A DNA stretch of 64,000 nucleotides from an uncultured Pseudomonadota bacterium (GTDB taxonomy: Bacteria > Myxococcota_A > Polyangia > Fen-1088): the NCBI GenBank assembly GCA_963847705.1, contig CAWKBC010000044.1, positions 56,294-120,293 on the forward strand, given 5' to 3'. This document shows positions 1 through 9,365 of this stretch, piece by piece. Positions within the stretch are counted from its first letter, which is position 1. Every line of letters begins with the position of its first letter. Below the pieces are notes generated by a model. It made no database searches. It was not told the origin of the DNA and was given only the letters and a program-made list of their open reading frames with translations. A program made the position numbers and the translations under genes.

Positions 1-837
1 CAGGGCTCGCTGCTTGAAGGCCACCGCCAGGGCGCCGGCCAGGGTGGATTTCGTGATGACGCCGGCCAGGTTCACGCCGAGGTGGACCATCGTCTGGGCG
101 ATTTGAGGGCGCACCCCAGAAATGATGCATTCGGCGCCCATCAAGCGCGTGGCGTTCACGGTCTTGAGAAGATTCTGGGCCGTCTGCGTGTCGACGGTGG
201 GAACCCCGGTGATGTCGATGATGGCGAATTGCGCCTGCGTGTGGGCGATCCGCTCGAGCAGCGTCTCCATGACCAGCTGGGTGCGCTTGGAGTCGAGCGT
301 GCCGATGATGGGGAGGCCCAGAATGCCTTGCCACAGCTCCACCACCGGGGTCGACAGCTCGAACATCTCCTTCGCCTGCCGGCCGATGATGTCTTCGCGC
401 GACTTGATGAAGGCCTCGGTGGTGTAGAGGCCGAGCTTGTCGAGCAGCGCGGTGGCGCGCCACAGGTCCTCGGCGAGGCCGTCCAGGTCGTCGTGGCTCT
501 GCCGCAGCCGCGTGAACAGCGGCTGTTTGAAGGAGAGGACGAAGGTGGCGGTCTCGGAGGAGGTGAAGCCCTGAATGGCCCGCGATCGACTCAGCTCATC
601 GAGCATCTCGCGCAGAGGGGCCCACTGCGGCCCCTGGATGTGCATGAGGTCGTTGCCGCGCGCCGCGAGGCGAAGCAGCTCGAGGAACCGTCCAGACTGC
701 TCGCGCAGGTCCCCCTCCTTCAAGAGGTCCGGCCGCGCCGTCGTGGCGGTCACCTGTTCTTCCATCCAGTCCGCCAGGATGCCGGCTTCCTGTTTCTCCA
801 GGACCTCCGGAATCTTCGTCTTCACCTCAGTGGCCAT
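1..837 (-). CDS. rsbR: Stressosome RsbR-family protein (RsbRD N-terminal domain + STAS); 3' end runs off the window
   Basis: Not in the ORF track; translated by hand from ATG at 837 with AGGAG upstream. MATEVKTKIPEVLEKQ...ELSTPVVELWQGILGLPIIGTLDSKRTQLVMETLL...IIDITGVPTVDTQTAQNLLKTVNATRLMGAECIISGVRPQIAQTMVHLGV matches the RsbR STAS signature. Confidence 0.9.
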   Translation of the reverse strand, partial: MATEVKTKIPEVLEKQEAGILADWMEEQVTATTARPDLLKEGDLREQSGRFLELLRLAARGNDLMHIQGPQWAPLREMLDELSRSRAIQGFTSSETATFVLSFKQPLFTRLRQSHDDLDGLAEDLWRATALLDKLGLYTTEAFIKSREDIIGRQAKEMFELSTPVVELWQGILGLPIIGTLDSKRTQLVMETLLERIAHTQAQFAIIDITGVPTVDTQTAQNLLKTVNATRLMGAECIISGVRPQIAQTMVHLGVNLAGVITKSTLAGALAVAFKQRAL

Positions 838-1342
838 TTCCCGTCTCCTGGTTTGAACTTCTGACCGGCCTCTCGACGGTGAAGACGTGGCGCTCGTCAG
901 CTGGATTCTTCACCGGACCGCTCTCCGCGCCGCCGACGCCCGTGGCGCGGCCGCAGAACCGAGCGATCTCAGGCGCGGCTCGCATCGCTTCCTGCTTCTC
1001 GATGCGCGACCAGGGTATCCATCGAAGCGCGCCGAGACCACGCAGGATCACCCGAGTGGCCTGTAAGGTTTTCCCGCCGGTCAAGCGGCGGGCCCTCAGC
1101 CCCACCTCCAGCTAGGGCCGCTCTGCGCTCGGTGAAGACCACCACAGGAGATTGCCGCTTCGATCCACGCCGCCGACGATTCCGACTCGCACGCTGTCTA
1201 TCATAACGGATGAATGTCTTGACCCGCGGCAAGGCAGGTGGCAAATAGAGCCCATGCGCTGCGAGGACGCCTCCTCCTCCTGTCCCTGGGCAGGGCGCCC
1301 ACTCCCGGGTGCTCTGCCCGCGACGTCAACAGGAGGAATCGC

Positions 1343-2824
1343 ATGTCCATCCCATCTCGTTCGTGGAGAGCCCGTTCACCCTATTTCCTGAGCGGGGGCC
1401 TCGCCGTGCTGTTCGGCGCGGCCCTGACCCGAGCTGCCTCCGGCACGGAGGCGGCCGCCCCGCCGCCTCTGGTGCCGCCGCCGATCACCGTACTGACATC
1501 CAAGCCAGGCGTGGAGCCCGGCCTGATCTTCGTGGCGCCCAAGCAGACCCCGCCCGGCGCGACCCAGCAAGGACCGGAGATCATCGACAACCAGGGACGA
1601 CCGGTCTGGTTCCAGGCGGTGGGGGCCAACCAGCAGGCAGCGAACTTCCGTGTCCAGCAGTACCGGGGCGAGTCGGTTGTGACCTGGTGGCAGGGGATTA
1701 CGGTCCCGAACAGCCCTGGCGAAGGACAGGGGGTCAATTACGTTTACGACCACGCGTACCACCAGATCGCGGTGGTGGCCGCGGGGAACGGCTATCAGGC
1801 CGACCTGCACGAGTTCCGCATCACGCCGCGCGGGACGGCGTTCCTCACGATCTACAACCACATCCCGTATGACCTCTCGTCCGCGGGCGGGCCGGCGAAC
1901 GGAATCGTGATCGACGGCGTCGCGCAGGAGGTGGACGTCGCCAGCGGCAAGGTGGTCTGGGAGTGGCACAGCATCGATCACGTTCCGCTGTCGGAGAGCC
2001 AGGTGGCGGCGCCGACCTCGGCCACCACGCCCTATGACTACTTCCACATCAACGCCATCAACTGGGACGACGACGGGAACGTCTTGATCGACTCCCGCAA
2101 CGCCTGGACGGCCTACAAGATCGACCGCCGCACGAAGGAGATCATCTGGCGCCAGGGGGGCAAGAGCTCGACGTTCGCGCTCACCACCGGCGACAACGGC
2201 ACGCAGACCGCCTGGCAGCACGATCCCGAGTTCGTGGACAACCGCACGCTGCGCTTCTTCGACAACGAGGCGGCACCCAGCGTGCTGCCGTATTCGCGCG
2301 TGGTCTGGATCCGGCAGAACCCGCACGACAAGACCTCGACGGTGGTGAAGCAGATCGTCCACCCCGACAGGATCCAGGCCGTATCGCAGGGGAACGCGCA
2401 GGCTCTGGACCGCGGTCACACCTTCGTGGGCTGGGGCGCCACCGGCCGCTTCTCGGAGTTCGACGCCGACGGCAACCTGCTGTTCGACGCCGCCGTCCCG
2501 GCGACCGGCGGCTGGGACGACTACCGCGCTTACCGCTTCGTCTGGCACGGGACGCCCGACTCCAGGCCGACCGCCACCGCCCAGAAGAACGCCGACGGCA
2601 GCATCACCGTGCACGCCATCTGGAACGGCGCCACCGAGGTCGCGCGCTGGATCGTGATCGGCGGCGAGCGCGCCTCGGCCCTCTGGCCGCTCGGCTCGGG
2701 TGACTGGAACGGGCTCGACACCGCCATCACCTTGCAGAGCGACGCTCAGCATGTCGCCGTGGTGGCCGAGGACGCCCACGGGCGGCTGATCGGGCGTTCC
2801 ACGTCGATCGTCGTCACCCCCTGA
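1343..2824 (+). CDS. Arylsulfotransferase (ASST)-like secreted beta-propeller protein
   Basis: AGGAGG RBS before ATG 1343; signal peptide; motifs DLHEF, YDYFHINAI, WQHD, SQGNAQ, YRAYR typical of the arylsulfotransferase family. Confidence 0.8.
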   Translation: MSIPSRSWRARSPYFLSGGLAVLFGAALTRAASGTEAAAPPPLVPPPITVLTSKPGVEPGLIFVAPKQTPPGATQQGPEIIDNQGRPVWFQAVGANQQAANFRVQQYRGESVVTWWQGITVPNSPGEGQGVNYVYDHAYHQIAVVAAGNGYQADLHEFRITPRGTAFLTIYNHIPYDLSSAGGPANGIVIDGVAQEVDVASGKVVWEWHSIDHVPLSESQVAAPTSATTPYDYFHINAINWDDDGNVLIDSRNAWTAYKIDRRTKEIIWRQGGKSSTFALTTGDNGTQTAWQHDPEFVDNRTLRFFDNEAAPSVLPYSRVVWIRQNPHDKTSTVVKQIVHPDRIQAVSQGNAQALDRGHTFVGWGATGRFSEFDADGNLLFDAAVPATGGWDDYRAYRFVWHGTPDSRPTATAQKNADGSITVHAIWNGATEVARWIVIGGERASALWPLGSGDWNGLDTAITLQSDAQHVAVVAEDAHGRLIGRSTSIVVTP

Positions 2825-2839
2825 CGGGCGGCCGACCGG

Positions 2840-2875
2840 GCACCGCACGCGCGAAGGGCCTCTCGCGTGCGGTGC
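2840..2875. terminator. 12-bp perfect GC-rich inverted repeat; possible terminator or stabilising hairpin
   Basis: GCACCGCACGCG (2840-2851) and CGCGTGCGGTGC (2864-2875), just after the ASST stop; no U-tract. Confidence 0.4.
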
Positions 2876-2976
2876 GCCGGCTTCACGACGAGCCGGCGAT
2901 CGTCGGCGATAATGAGGCGTGTCTGACCCAAAAACGTGGCGTCTCGAAACCTGTTCGCAACAAGCGGAGCGATAGC

Positions 2977-4197
2977 GTGGCCGAGGACGGAGGCCCCATC
3001 GGTTCCTGGCAGACACTGGTCATCAACTCGGGCAGCTCGTCGCTGAAGTTCGCGCTCATCGAGGCGGGCTCGGGACGGGTCAGCCAGCAGGGGTTGGCGG
3101 AGCGACTCGGCACGCAGATGGCCCGTCTCCGCACGCACGGTCGCGACGGCGAGGGCGGTGAAACCGACGCGGAGAAGGCGCTCCCCGGGGCCGGGCACGC
3201 CGAGGCGCTGGAGGAGATCCTGGCGCAGCTCGGCAGCCGGCGACCGGACGCCGTCGGCCACCGGGTGGTCCACGGAGGGGAGACCTTCTCGCAGAGCGTG
3301 GTGCTCGACGACGAGGTCGTGGAACGAATTCGCGCCTGCAACGATCTGGCGCCGCTGCACAACCCCGCCAACCTGCTGGGGATCGAGATCGCGCGCCGCC
3401 GATTTCCCACGCTGAAGCAGGTGGCGGTCTTCGACACCGCGTTTCACCAGACGTTGCCGCCCAGGGCCTTCATGTACGCCGTCCCCTACGAGCTGTACGA
3501 GCGCCATCGCGTCCGCCGCTACGGATTCCACGGGACCAGCCACGCCTTCGTGGCGGGGGAGGCGGCGCAGCGGCTCGGCAAGCCGCTCGAGGAGCTCCAG
3601 CTGGTCACCGCGCACCTGGGCAACGGCTGCAGCGCCTGCGCGATCAAGGGCGGACGCAGCGTCGACACCACCATGGGGCTCACGCCGCTGGAAGGGCTGG
3701 TGATGGGCAGCCGCAGCGGCGACGTCGACCCGAACCTGCATCAGTTCCTGGCCGACCAGACCGGCCAATCGCTCGCTCAGATCACCGATCTGCTCAACCG
3801 GGAGAGCGGCCTCTTGGGGCTCTCCGGGACCAGCAACGACATGCGCACCCTGCTGGACGCGCGCGGCCGCGGCGACGCGCGCGCCGCCCTGGCCATCGAC
3901 GTCTTCTGTTATCGGCTGGCCAAGTCGCTGCTCGGGCTCTGCGCGGCGCTCGAACGGATCGACGCGCTGGTGTTCACGGGCGGCATCGGCGAGCACGCGG
4001 CGGCGATCCGCGCCGAGACGCTGGCGCAGCTGCGCCTCCTCGGCCCGCTCGTCGACCCCGCGCGCAACGCCGCGCACGGCGCGGCGACCGCCGGCCGCAT
4101 CACCGCCGATGGCTCGCCGCTGCTCTCGCTGGTGATTCCCACCAACGAAGAGCTGGTGATCGCCCGCGAGACCGCCCGCCTCCTCGATCACCCCTGA
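2977..4197 (+). CDS. ackA: Acetate kinase
   Basis: LVINSGSSSLKF, GHRVVHGG, LAPLHNPAN, VFDTAFHQT, RRYGFHGTSH, HLGNGCS, TMGLTPLEGL, FTGGIGE, PTNEE. GTG start chosen by RBS. Confidence 0.96.
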   Translation: MAEDGGPIGSWQTLVINSGSSSLKFALIEAGSGRVSQQGLAERLGTQMARLRTHGRDGEGGETDAEKALPGAGHAEALEEILAQLGSRRPDAVGHRVVHGGETFSQSVVLDDEVVERIRACNDLAPLHNPANLLGIEIARRRFPTLKQVAVFDTAFHQTLPPRAFMYAVPYELYERHRVRRYGFHGTSHAFVAGEAAQRLGKPLEELQLVTAHLGNGCSACAIKGGRSVDTTMGLTPLEGLVMGSRSGDVDPNLHQFLADQTGQSLAQITDLLNRESGLLGLSGTSNDMRTLLDARGRGDARAALAIDVFCYRLAKSLLGLCAALERIDALVFTGGIGEHAAAIRAETLAQLRLLGPLVDPARNAAHGAATAGRITADGSPLLSLVIPTNEELVIARETARLLDHP

Positions 4198-4218
4198 TTG
4201 CGCCCAGGAGCCTTCGCC

Positions 4219-6333
4219 ATGCCACACACGTTCTATCTGGTCCCGAGCGGAGGCGGCGTGGGCCTCACCTCACTGGCGCTGGGGTTGGTGCGGGCCCTCG
4301 ACAACCGGGGAATCCGGGTGGCCTTCTTCAAACCGATCGGTCAGCCGGTCGGGCACGACACCGGCCCCGAGCGATCGACCTACTTCATCCGACGGCTCAG
4401 CCCGCTGACGCCCGCCACCCCCATCTCGCTCGAAGAGGCCGGGCGGATGATCTTGGCCCGCCGCACCGACGACCTGCTGGAACGGGTCATGCGCGACTTT
4501 CACGTCTCGGCCGGCAACGCCGACGTGGTGGTGGTCGAAGGGCTGGTGGAGATGCGAGACAGCCTGAGCGCCTCCGACCTGAACCTGCAGCTGGTCCAGA
4601 CCCTGAGCGCGCAGGTCATCATGGCCGGCTCGCTGGGGCAGACGCCGGTGGCGGAGTTCGAGGCGCGGCTGGAGCTGTCGGCCAACCCCTACGGAGGCTT
4701 CGGCGGCGCACGGGTGATCGGCTGCCTGGTGAACCGGGTCCCGATCCCGCTCGCCAAGGACGGTCCAATGCGAACCGCCCTGGTGCCCGAGGTGAGCCGC
4801 GCTTCCCTGCTCAGCAAGCCCGGGCTGAACGTGATCGGGGCCGTGCCGGAGAACCCCGAGCTCAACGCCTGTCGCACCATCGACCTGGCCGAGCATCTGC
4901 AGGCGGAGACGGTCCACGAAGGGGAGATGACCACCCGGCGGGTGAAGAAGGTGACGGTGCTGGCCAACACCGTGCCCAACCTGCTGGGAGCGCTGACCCC
5001 TGGGTCGGTGCTGATCACGCCCGGCGACCGCAGCGACGTGATCCTCGCGGTGGCGATGGCCGCCGCCAACAAGATTCCCGTCTCGGGTCTCATCCTCACC
5101 GGCGGGCTCGACCCGCCGCCCGCGCTCCTCGAGCTCTGCCGGCCGGCGCTGCAGACGGGATTGCCGATCCTGAAGGTCAAGTGGTCCACGCTGGAGATCG
5201 CCACCCGCCTCGGCCAGATGAGCACCGAGGTCCCGGTCGACGATCTCGAACGGGTTCAGCGGGCGATGGACTTCGTGGCCCAGCACATCGACGCCGATTG
5301 GCTGGCGCGGCACGCGCAGGTGCCGGTGGAGACCCGGATGTCGCCGGCCGCGTTCTGCTTCCGGCTGACCGAGCTGGCGCGCGCCGCCCACAAGCGGATC
5401 GTGCTGCCCGAGGGGACCGAACCGCGCACGGTGCGGGCCGCGGCCATCTGCGCCGAGCGCGGGATCGCCCGCTGCGTGCTGCTGGGAAACCCCGAGGAGG
5501 TGAGGCGGGTGGCCGCCGCGCAGGAGATCGAGCTGCCCGACGGCCTGGAGATCCTCGATCCCGCTGTGCTGCGGGCCAACTACGTCAATCCGCTGGTCGA
5601 GCTGCGCAAGCACAAGGGGCTGACCCCGCACGCCGCGGCCGACTACCTGGAGGACAGCGTCTGGCTGGGGACGGTGATGCTGGCCCTCGGCGAGGTGGAC
5701 GGCTTGGTCTCCGGCGCCACCCATTCCACGGCCAACACCATCCGCCCCGCGCTGCAGATCATCAAGACCCGGCCGGGGGCCAAGGTGGTCTCGTCGATCT
5801 TCTTCATGTGCCTGCCGGAGCAGGTGCTGGTCTACGGCGACTGCGCCGTGATCCCCGATCCCGACGCCGAGACGCTGGCCGACATCGCCATCCAGAGCGC
5901 CGACAGCGCCGCGCAGTTCGGGATCACGCCCCGGGTGGCGATGATCAGCTACTCCACCGGCGAGTCGGGCTCGGGCTCGGACGTCGACAAGGTGCGCGAG
6001 GCGACCCGGCTGGCGCACCTGCAGCGACCCGACCTGCTGGTCGACGGCCCGCTGCAGTACGACGCCGCCGCCATCGCCGAGGTCGCCGCCAGCAAGGCGC
6101 CCGGCAGCGCGGTCGCCGGGCGCGCCACCGTCTTCGTGTTCCCCGATCTGAACACCGGCAACACCACCTACAAGGCGGTGCAGCGCAGCGCCCACGTCAT
6201 CAGCATCGGTCCCATGCTGCAGGGGATGCGCCGACCGGTGAACGATCTTTCGCGCGGCGCCCTGGTCGAGGACATCGTCTACACCATCGCGCTGACCGCC
6301 ATCCAGGCCGACCAACCCGCGAGCGGTGTGTAG
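4219..6333 (+). CDS. pta: Phosphate acetyltransferase, long form (AAA_26/DRTGG + PTA_PTB)
   Basis: FFKPIGQ, TPGDRSD, RIVLPEG, DGPLQYDAA, FPDLNTGNTTYKAVQR, GPMLQG..PVNDLSRG; directly follows ackA. Confidence 0.96.
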   Translation: MPHTFYLVPSGGGVGLTSLALGLVRALDNRGIRVAFFKPIGQPVGHDTGPERSTYFIRRLSPLTPATPISLEEAGRMILARRTDDLLERVMRDFHVSAGNADVVVVEGLVEMRDSLSASDLNLQLVQTLSAQVIMAGSLGQTPVAEFEARLELSANPYGGFGGARVIGCLVNRVPIPLAKDGPMRTALVPEVSRASLLSKPGLNVIGAVPENPELNACRTIDLAEHLQAETVHEGEMTTRRVKKVTVLANTVPNLLGALTPGSVLITPGDRSDVILAVAMAAANKIPVSGLILTGGLDPPPALLELCRPALQTGLPILKVKWSTLEIATRLGQMSTEVPVDDLERVQRAMDFVAQHIDADWLARHAQVPVETRMSPAAFCFRLTELARAAHKRIVLPEGTEPRTVRAAAICAERGIARCVLLGNPEEVRRVAAAQEIELPDGLEILDPAVLRANYVNPLVELRKHKGLTPHAAADYLEDSVWLGTVMLALGEVDGLVSGATHSTANTIRPALQIIKTRPGAKVVSSIFFMCLPEQVLVYGDCAVIPDPDAETLADIAIQSADSAAQFGITPRVAMISYSTGESGSGSDVDKVREATRLAHLQRPDLLVDGPLQYDAAAIAEVAASKAPGSAVAGRATVFVFPDLNTGNTTYKAVQRSAHVISIGPMLQGMRRPVNDLSRGALVEDIVYTIALTAIQADQPASGV

Positions 6334-6343
6334 GGGCGGCTGC

Positions 6344-7177
6344 ATGCGATTCTCCGTGCGCCACGAGACCCTCTACCAATACAGCGTCCCGGTCGTGCTC
6401 GCGCCGCATCTCCTGCGCTTGACGCCGCGAGCGGAGCACCTGATCCGGTCACGGACGTTGGTGGTGCGGCCAGAGCCCCTCGAACGTCACGAGGAATACG
6501 ACGCCTACGGCAATCAGGTCGCGCGTCTGACGTTCTCGAACCAGGCCACGCAGGAGCTCAGCATCGAGAGCCGCTTCGAGCTGGAGACGTTGCCGCCACG
6601 CCCCGCCTCCGGAACCTCCGAGCGACTGCCCTGGCCCCGGCCTCCGGCCGGGGAGCTGGCGGTGTACCGACCGGGAGATGCCAGCGTCGATCCGGCCGTG
6701 CGCGCCTTTGCCTGGGAGATGGCCGCGGAGGTCGGACACCAGCCGCTGGCGTTCCTCGATCACCTCTGCCGAACCATCCATGCCCGCGCCGACAAGCAGA
6801 TCCGGACGGCGGGCGACGCGCAAGCGTCCGCGGACACGCTGGCCAGCTGGCAGGGCGCCTGCCGCGATTTCACGGTTCTGTTCCTGGAGGCGGCGCGCAG
6901 CCTGGGGATGCCCGCTCGCTTCTGCAGCGGCTATCAGGCGGCCGCCGAGACGCCGGACGGCCGTCGCTATCTGCATGCGTGGCCCGAGGTGTTCCTGCCG
7001 GGCCTTGGGTGGCGCGGCTGGGATCCCACCCACGGCGTCCCCGCGGGCGAGGGGCACGTGGCGCTGTGCGCAGCCCCCGACCAGGCGGAGACCATGCCGG
7101 TGGTCGGCGGCTTCTACTTTTCTGGTTCTTCCCTCACGTCGACCCTCGACTTCGACCTGCGCATCACCACGACGTGA
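6344..7177 (+). CDS. Transglutaminase-like protein (Bact_transglu_N + core)
   Basis: MRFSVRHETLYQY..HLLRLTPR N-terminus; triad motifs GACRDF, LHAWPEV, GWDPTH. Confidence 0.9.
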   Translation: MRFSVRHETLYQYSVPVVLAPHLLRLTPRAEHLIRSRTLVVRPEPLERHEEYDAYGNQVARLTFSNQATQELSIESRFELETLPPRPASGTSERLPWPRPPAGELAVYRPGDASVDPAVRAFAWEMAAEVGHQPLAFLDHLCRTIHARADKQIRTAGDAQASADTLASWQGACRDFTVLFLEAARSLGMPARFCSGYQAAAETPDGRRYLHAWPEVFLPGLGWRGWDPTHGVPAGEGHVALCAAPDQAETMPVVGGFYFSGSSLTSTLDFDLRITTT

Positions 7178-7333
7178 ACGCGGCCTGACTTGACCGTGAT
7201 GGTGACCGCGATTCGCCAGGCCCTGGGCCTGCAGGTGCGGTCCGCCGCATCTCTCGAGACGGCCACCCCGCGGCCTGCGCCGACCTCAGTCCTTCATTGA
7301 TATCGCCGGCCTGATCCCCGAAGGTGGACGCGG

Positions 7334-7537
7334 ATGCCGCGCAAAGGAAGTCACGCCGACGACGGTGCCGCCAAGACGCCTGCTGCGCCAAAGCGACACA
7401 GCCGCCCTGCGACCGGAGTCTCGTTTTTCGTGATGATTGCCCTCGCCTGTCTGGCGACGCTCCTGGTGATTCTCTGGACGGTCCGCACCTCCCAGGAGAA
7501 GAGAGGGCACGTGGGTCCCTCCGGCTTCCGCATGTGA
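7334..7537 (+). CDS. Small single-pass membrane protein, hypothetical
   Basis: 67 aa with one hydrophobic helix FFVMIALACLATLLVILW; fills an intergenic gap. Confidence 0.5.
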   Translation: MPRKGSHADDGAAKTPAAPKRHSRPATGVSFFVMIALACLATLLVILWTVRTSQEKRGHVGPSGFRM

Positions 7538-7549
7538 GAGCGGGCCGGT

Positions 7550-7936
7550 CTAGAGCTTGAGCTGGCGGAGGTCCGGCAGCGCCGTCAGCTCGGTTCTCGT
7601 CGCTTCGAGCTCGACCAGCAGGCGCTCCAGCTGGCCGGCCAGCAGCTCGATCCGGAAATCACCGGGAGGACCTTTCCGACAGGTCGAGACCTTCTCCAGT
7701 CCCTTGCGCAGCAAGCCGGCCGCGGGCCGCGGCCGATGCTGCTGCAGATGGTGAAGGCCCGCGGCGATCTGGATGAGACCTTGCACGCAGAGACGCCGTC
7801 CGGTGTCGGTGTCCTCGACCTCACGCCAGACCTCTTCCCAGAGCTCGTGCGCGACAAAATAGTCCCCGCGATTGAACGCCGCCCTCCCCGGCTCCAACGC
7901 GTGGGAGTCATCCGTCGTCGGTTCAAACGGTCGCAT
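7550..7936 (-). CDS. DUF309 domain protein
   Basis: FNRGDYFVAHELWEEVW...VQGLIQIAAGLHH...AAGLLRKG signature. Confidence 0.85.
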   Translation of the reverse strand: MRPFEPTTDDSHALEPGRAAFNRGDYFVAHELWEEVWREVEDTDTGRRLCVQGLIQIAAGLHHLQQHRPRPAAGLLRKGLEKVSTCRKGPPGDFRIELLAGQLERLLVELEATRTELTALPDLRQLKL

Positions 7937-8004
7937 CCGGGGAACTGTAACGCCAAAGCTTCGGACCCCGCGGCGCCGGCCCTTCGACGACGTCCTCCAT
8001 GTTT

Positions 8005-8051
8005 CCGGTCCACCAATGGACTGGCTCCATCGAATATCTGCGAGTTGGCTC
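8005..8051 (+). promoter_or_regulatory. Candidate MocR-family operator upstream of the UrtA-like operon
   Basis: Imperfect palindrome CCGGTCCA-CCAA-TGGACTGG (8005-8024) plus direct repeat TGGCTC at 8022 and 8046. MocR/GabR regulators bind combined direct and inverted repeats. Confidence 0.35.
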
Positions 8052-8111
8052 TCAGCCCGTTGCGCTCGTCCCCCTAGGATGGCGAGGGTCAACAAAACGG
8101 AGGACGACACC

Positions 8112-9362
8112 ATGAAACGCGTATTTCACCGAAGGGCAGTGCTCACCACGACCGTCAGCGCGGTTGCGCTCGCACTCTGCGGCCTGTGGCCGCGGGCGGC
8201 GGCCGCCGAAGACACCATCAAGATCGGCGTGCTGCACTCGCTGTCGGGCACGATGGCGATCAGCGAGACGATCTTGAAGGACTTCATGCTGATGCAGGTG
8301 CGGGATCTCAACGCCAAGGGCGGCCTGCTCGGCAAGAAAGTCGAGGCGGTGGTGGTCGATCCGGCCTCCAACTGGCCGCTGTTCGCCGAGAAGGCCCGAG
8401 ACCTGCTGCAGCGGCAGAAGGTCTCGGCCGTCTTCGGCTGCTGGACCTCCGTGTCGCGGAAGTCGGTGCTGCCGGTGTTCGAGGAGCTGAACGGTCTGCT
8501 GTTCTATCCGCTCGAGTACGAGGGCGAAGAGAGCTCGAACAACGTTTTTTACGGTGGATCGGTGCCGGACAACAAGGCGATCCCCGCCATTCAGTACCTG
8601 ATGAGCAAGAAGGGGGGTGGGTTCAAGCGCTTCGTCCTGGAGGGAACGGACTACGTCTACCCGCGCACCAGCAACAAGATCATCCGCGCCTTCCTCAAGC
8701 ACGAAGGGGTGGCCGACGCGGACATCCGCGAGAATTACACGCCGTTCGGCTACTCCGATTGGCAGACCGAGGTCTCGGCGATCCAGGCCTTCGGCAGTCA
8801 GGGGAAACCGACCGCGGTGATCTCGACGATCAACGGCGACGCCAACGTCCCTTTCTACAAGGAGCTCGGCAACCGCGGCATCTCGGCGGTCAAGATTCCC
8901 GTCATCGCTTTTTCGGTCGGCGAGGAGGAGTTGAAGGGGATCGACACGACGCCGCTGGTCGGGCACATGGCAGCCTGGAGCTACTTCGAGTCGATCGACA
9001 CCCCGGAGAACAAAGCCTTCATCGACCGGTGGCACGCCTATATCAAGGATGACAAGGCGGTCACCAACGATCCGATGGAGTCCGCTTACCTTCTGTTCAA
9101 CATGTGGGCGCAGGCGGTCAAGAAGGCCGGAACCACCGACGTGGACGCCGTCCGCAAAGCAATGATCGGACAGACGGTGACGTCACCGACGGGGTTCAAG
9201 GTGACCATGAACGCCAACCACCACTGCACCAAGCCGGTGATGATCGGCGAGGTGCGCAAGAACGGTCAGTTCAAGATCGTCTACAAGAGCAAGCCGATCG
9301 CCCCCAAGCCGTGGAGCCCTTACGTGCAGGACAACGGCAGCGCGAAACAGGCCCTGAAATGA
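8112..9362 (+). CDS. UrtA/AmiC-like urea/short-amide ABC substrate-binding protein (no permease or ATPase adjacent)
   Basis: IKIGVLHSLSGTMAISE, VVDPASNWPLFAEKA, FGCWTSVSRKSVLP, GTDYVYPR, STINGDANV, TNDPMES. Signal peptide contains RR; GGAGG RBS. Confidence 0.9.
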   Translation: MKRVFHRRAVLTTTVSAVALALCGLWPRAAAAEDTIKIGVLHSLSGTMAISETILKDFMLMQVRDLNAKGGLLGKKVEAVVVDPASNWPLFAEKARDLLQRQKVSAVFGCWTSVSRKSVLPVFEELNGLLFYPLEYEGEESSNNVFYGGSVPDNKAIPAIQYLMSKKGGGFKRFVLEGTDYVYPRTSNKIIRAFLKHEGVADADIRENYTPFGYSDWQTEVSAIQAFGSQGKPTAVISTINGDANVPFYKELGNRGISAVKIPVIAFSVGEEELKGIDTTPLVGHMAAWSYFESIDTPENKAFIDRWHAYIKDDKAVTNDPMESAYLLFNMWAQAVKKAGTTDVDAVRKAMIGQTVTSPTGFKVTMNANHHCTKPVMIGEVRKNGQFKIVYKSKPIAPKPWSPYVQDNGSAKQALK

Positions 9363-9365
9363 CCG

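Noticed and set aside
82-864. 260-aa plus-strand ORF
   Set aside because: Antisense shadow of the RsbR-like gene.
7940-8110. Guanidine (ykkC) riboswitch upstream of the UrtA-like gene
   Set aside because: I could not find the conserved guanidine-I, -II or -III sequence elements by eye. An Infernal scan would settle it.
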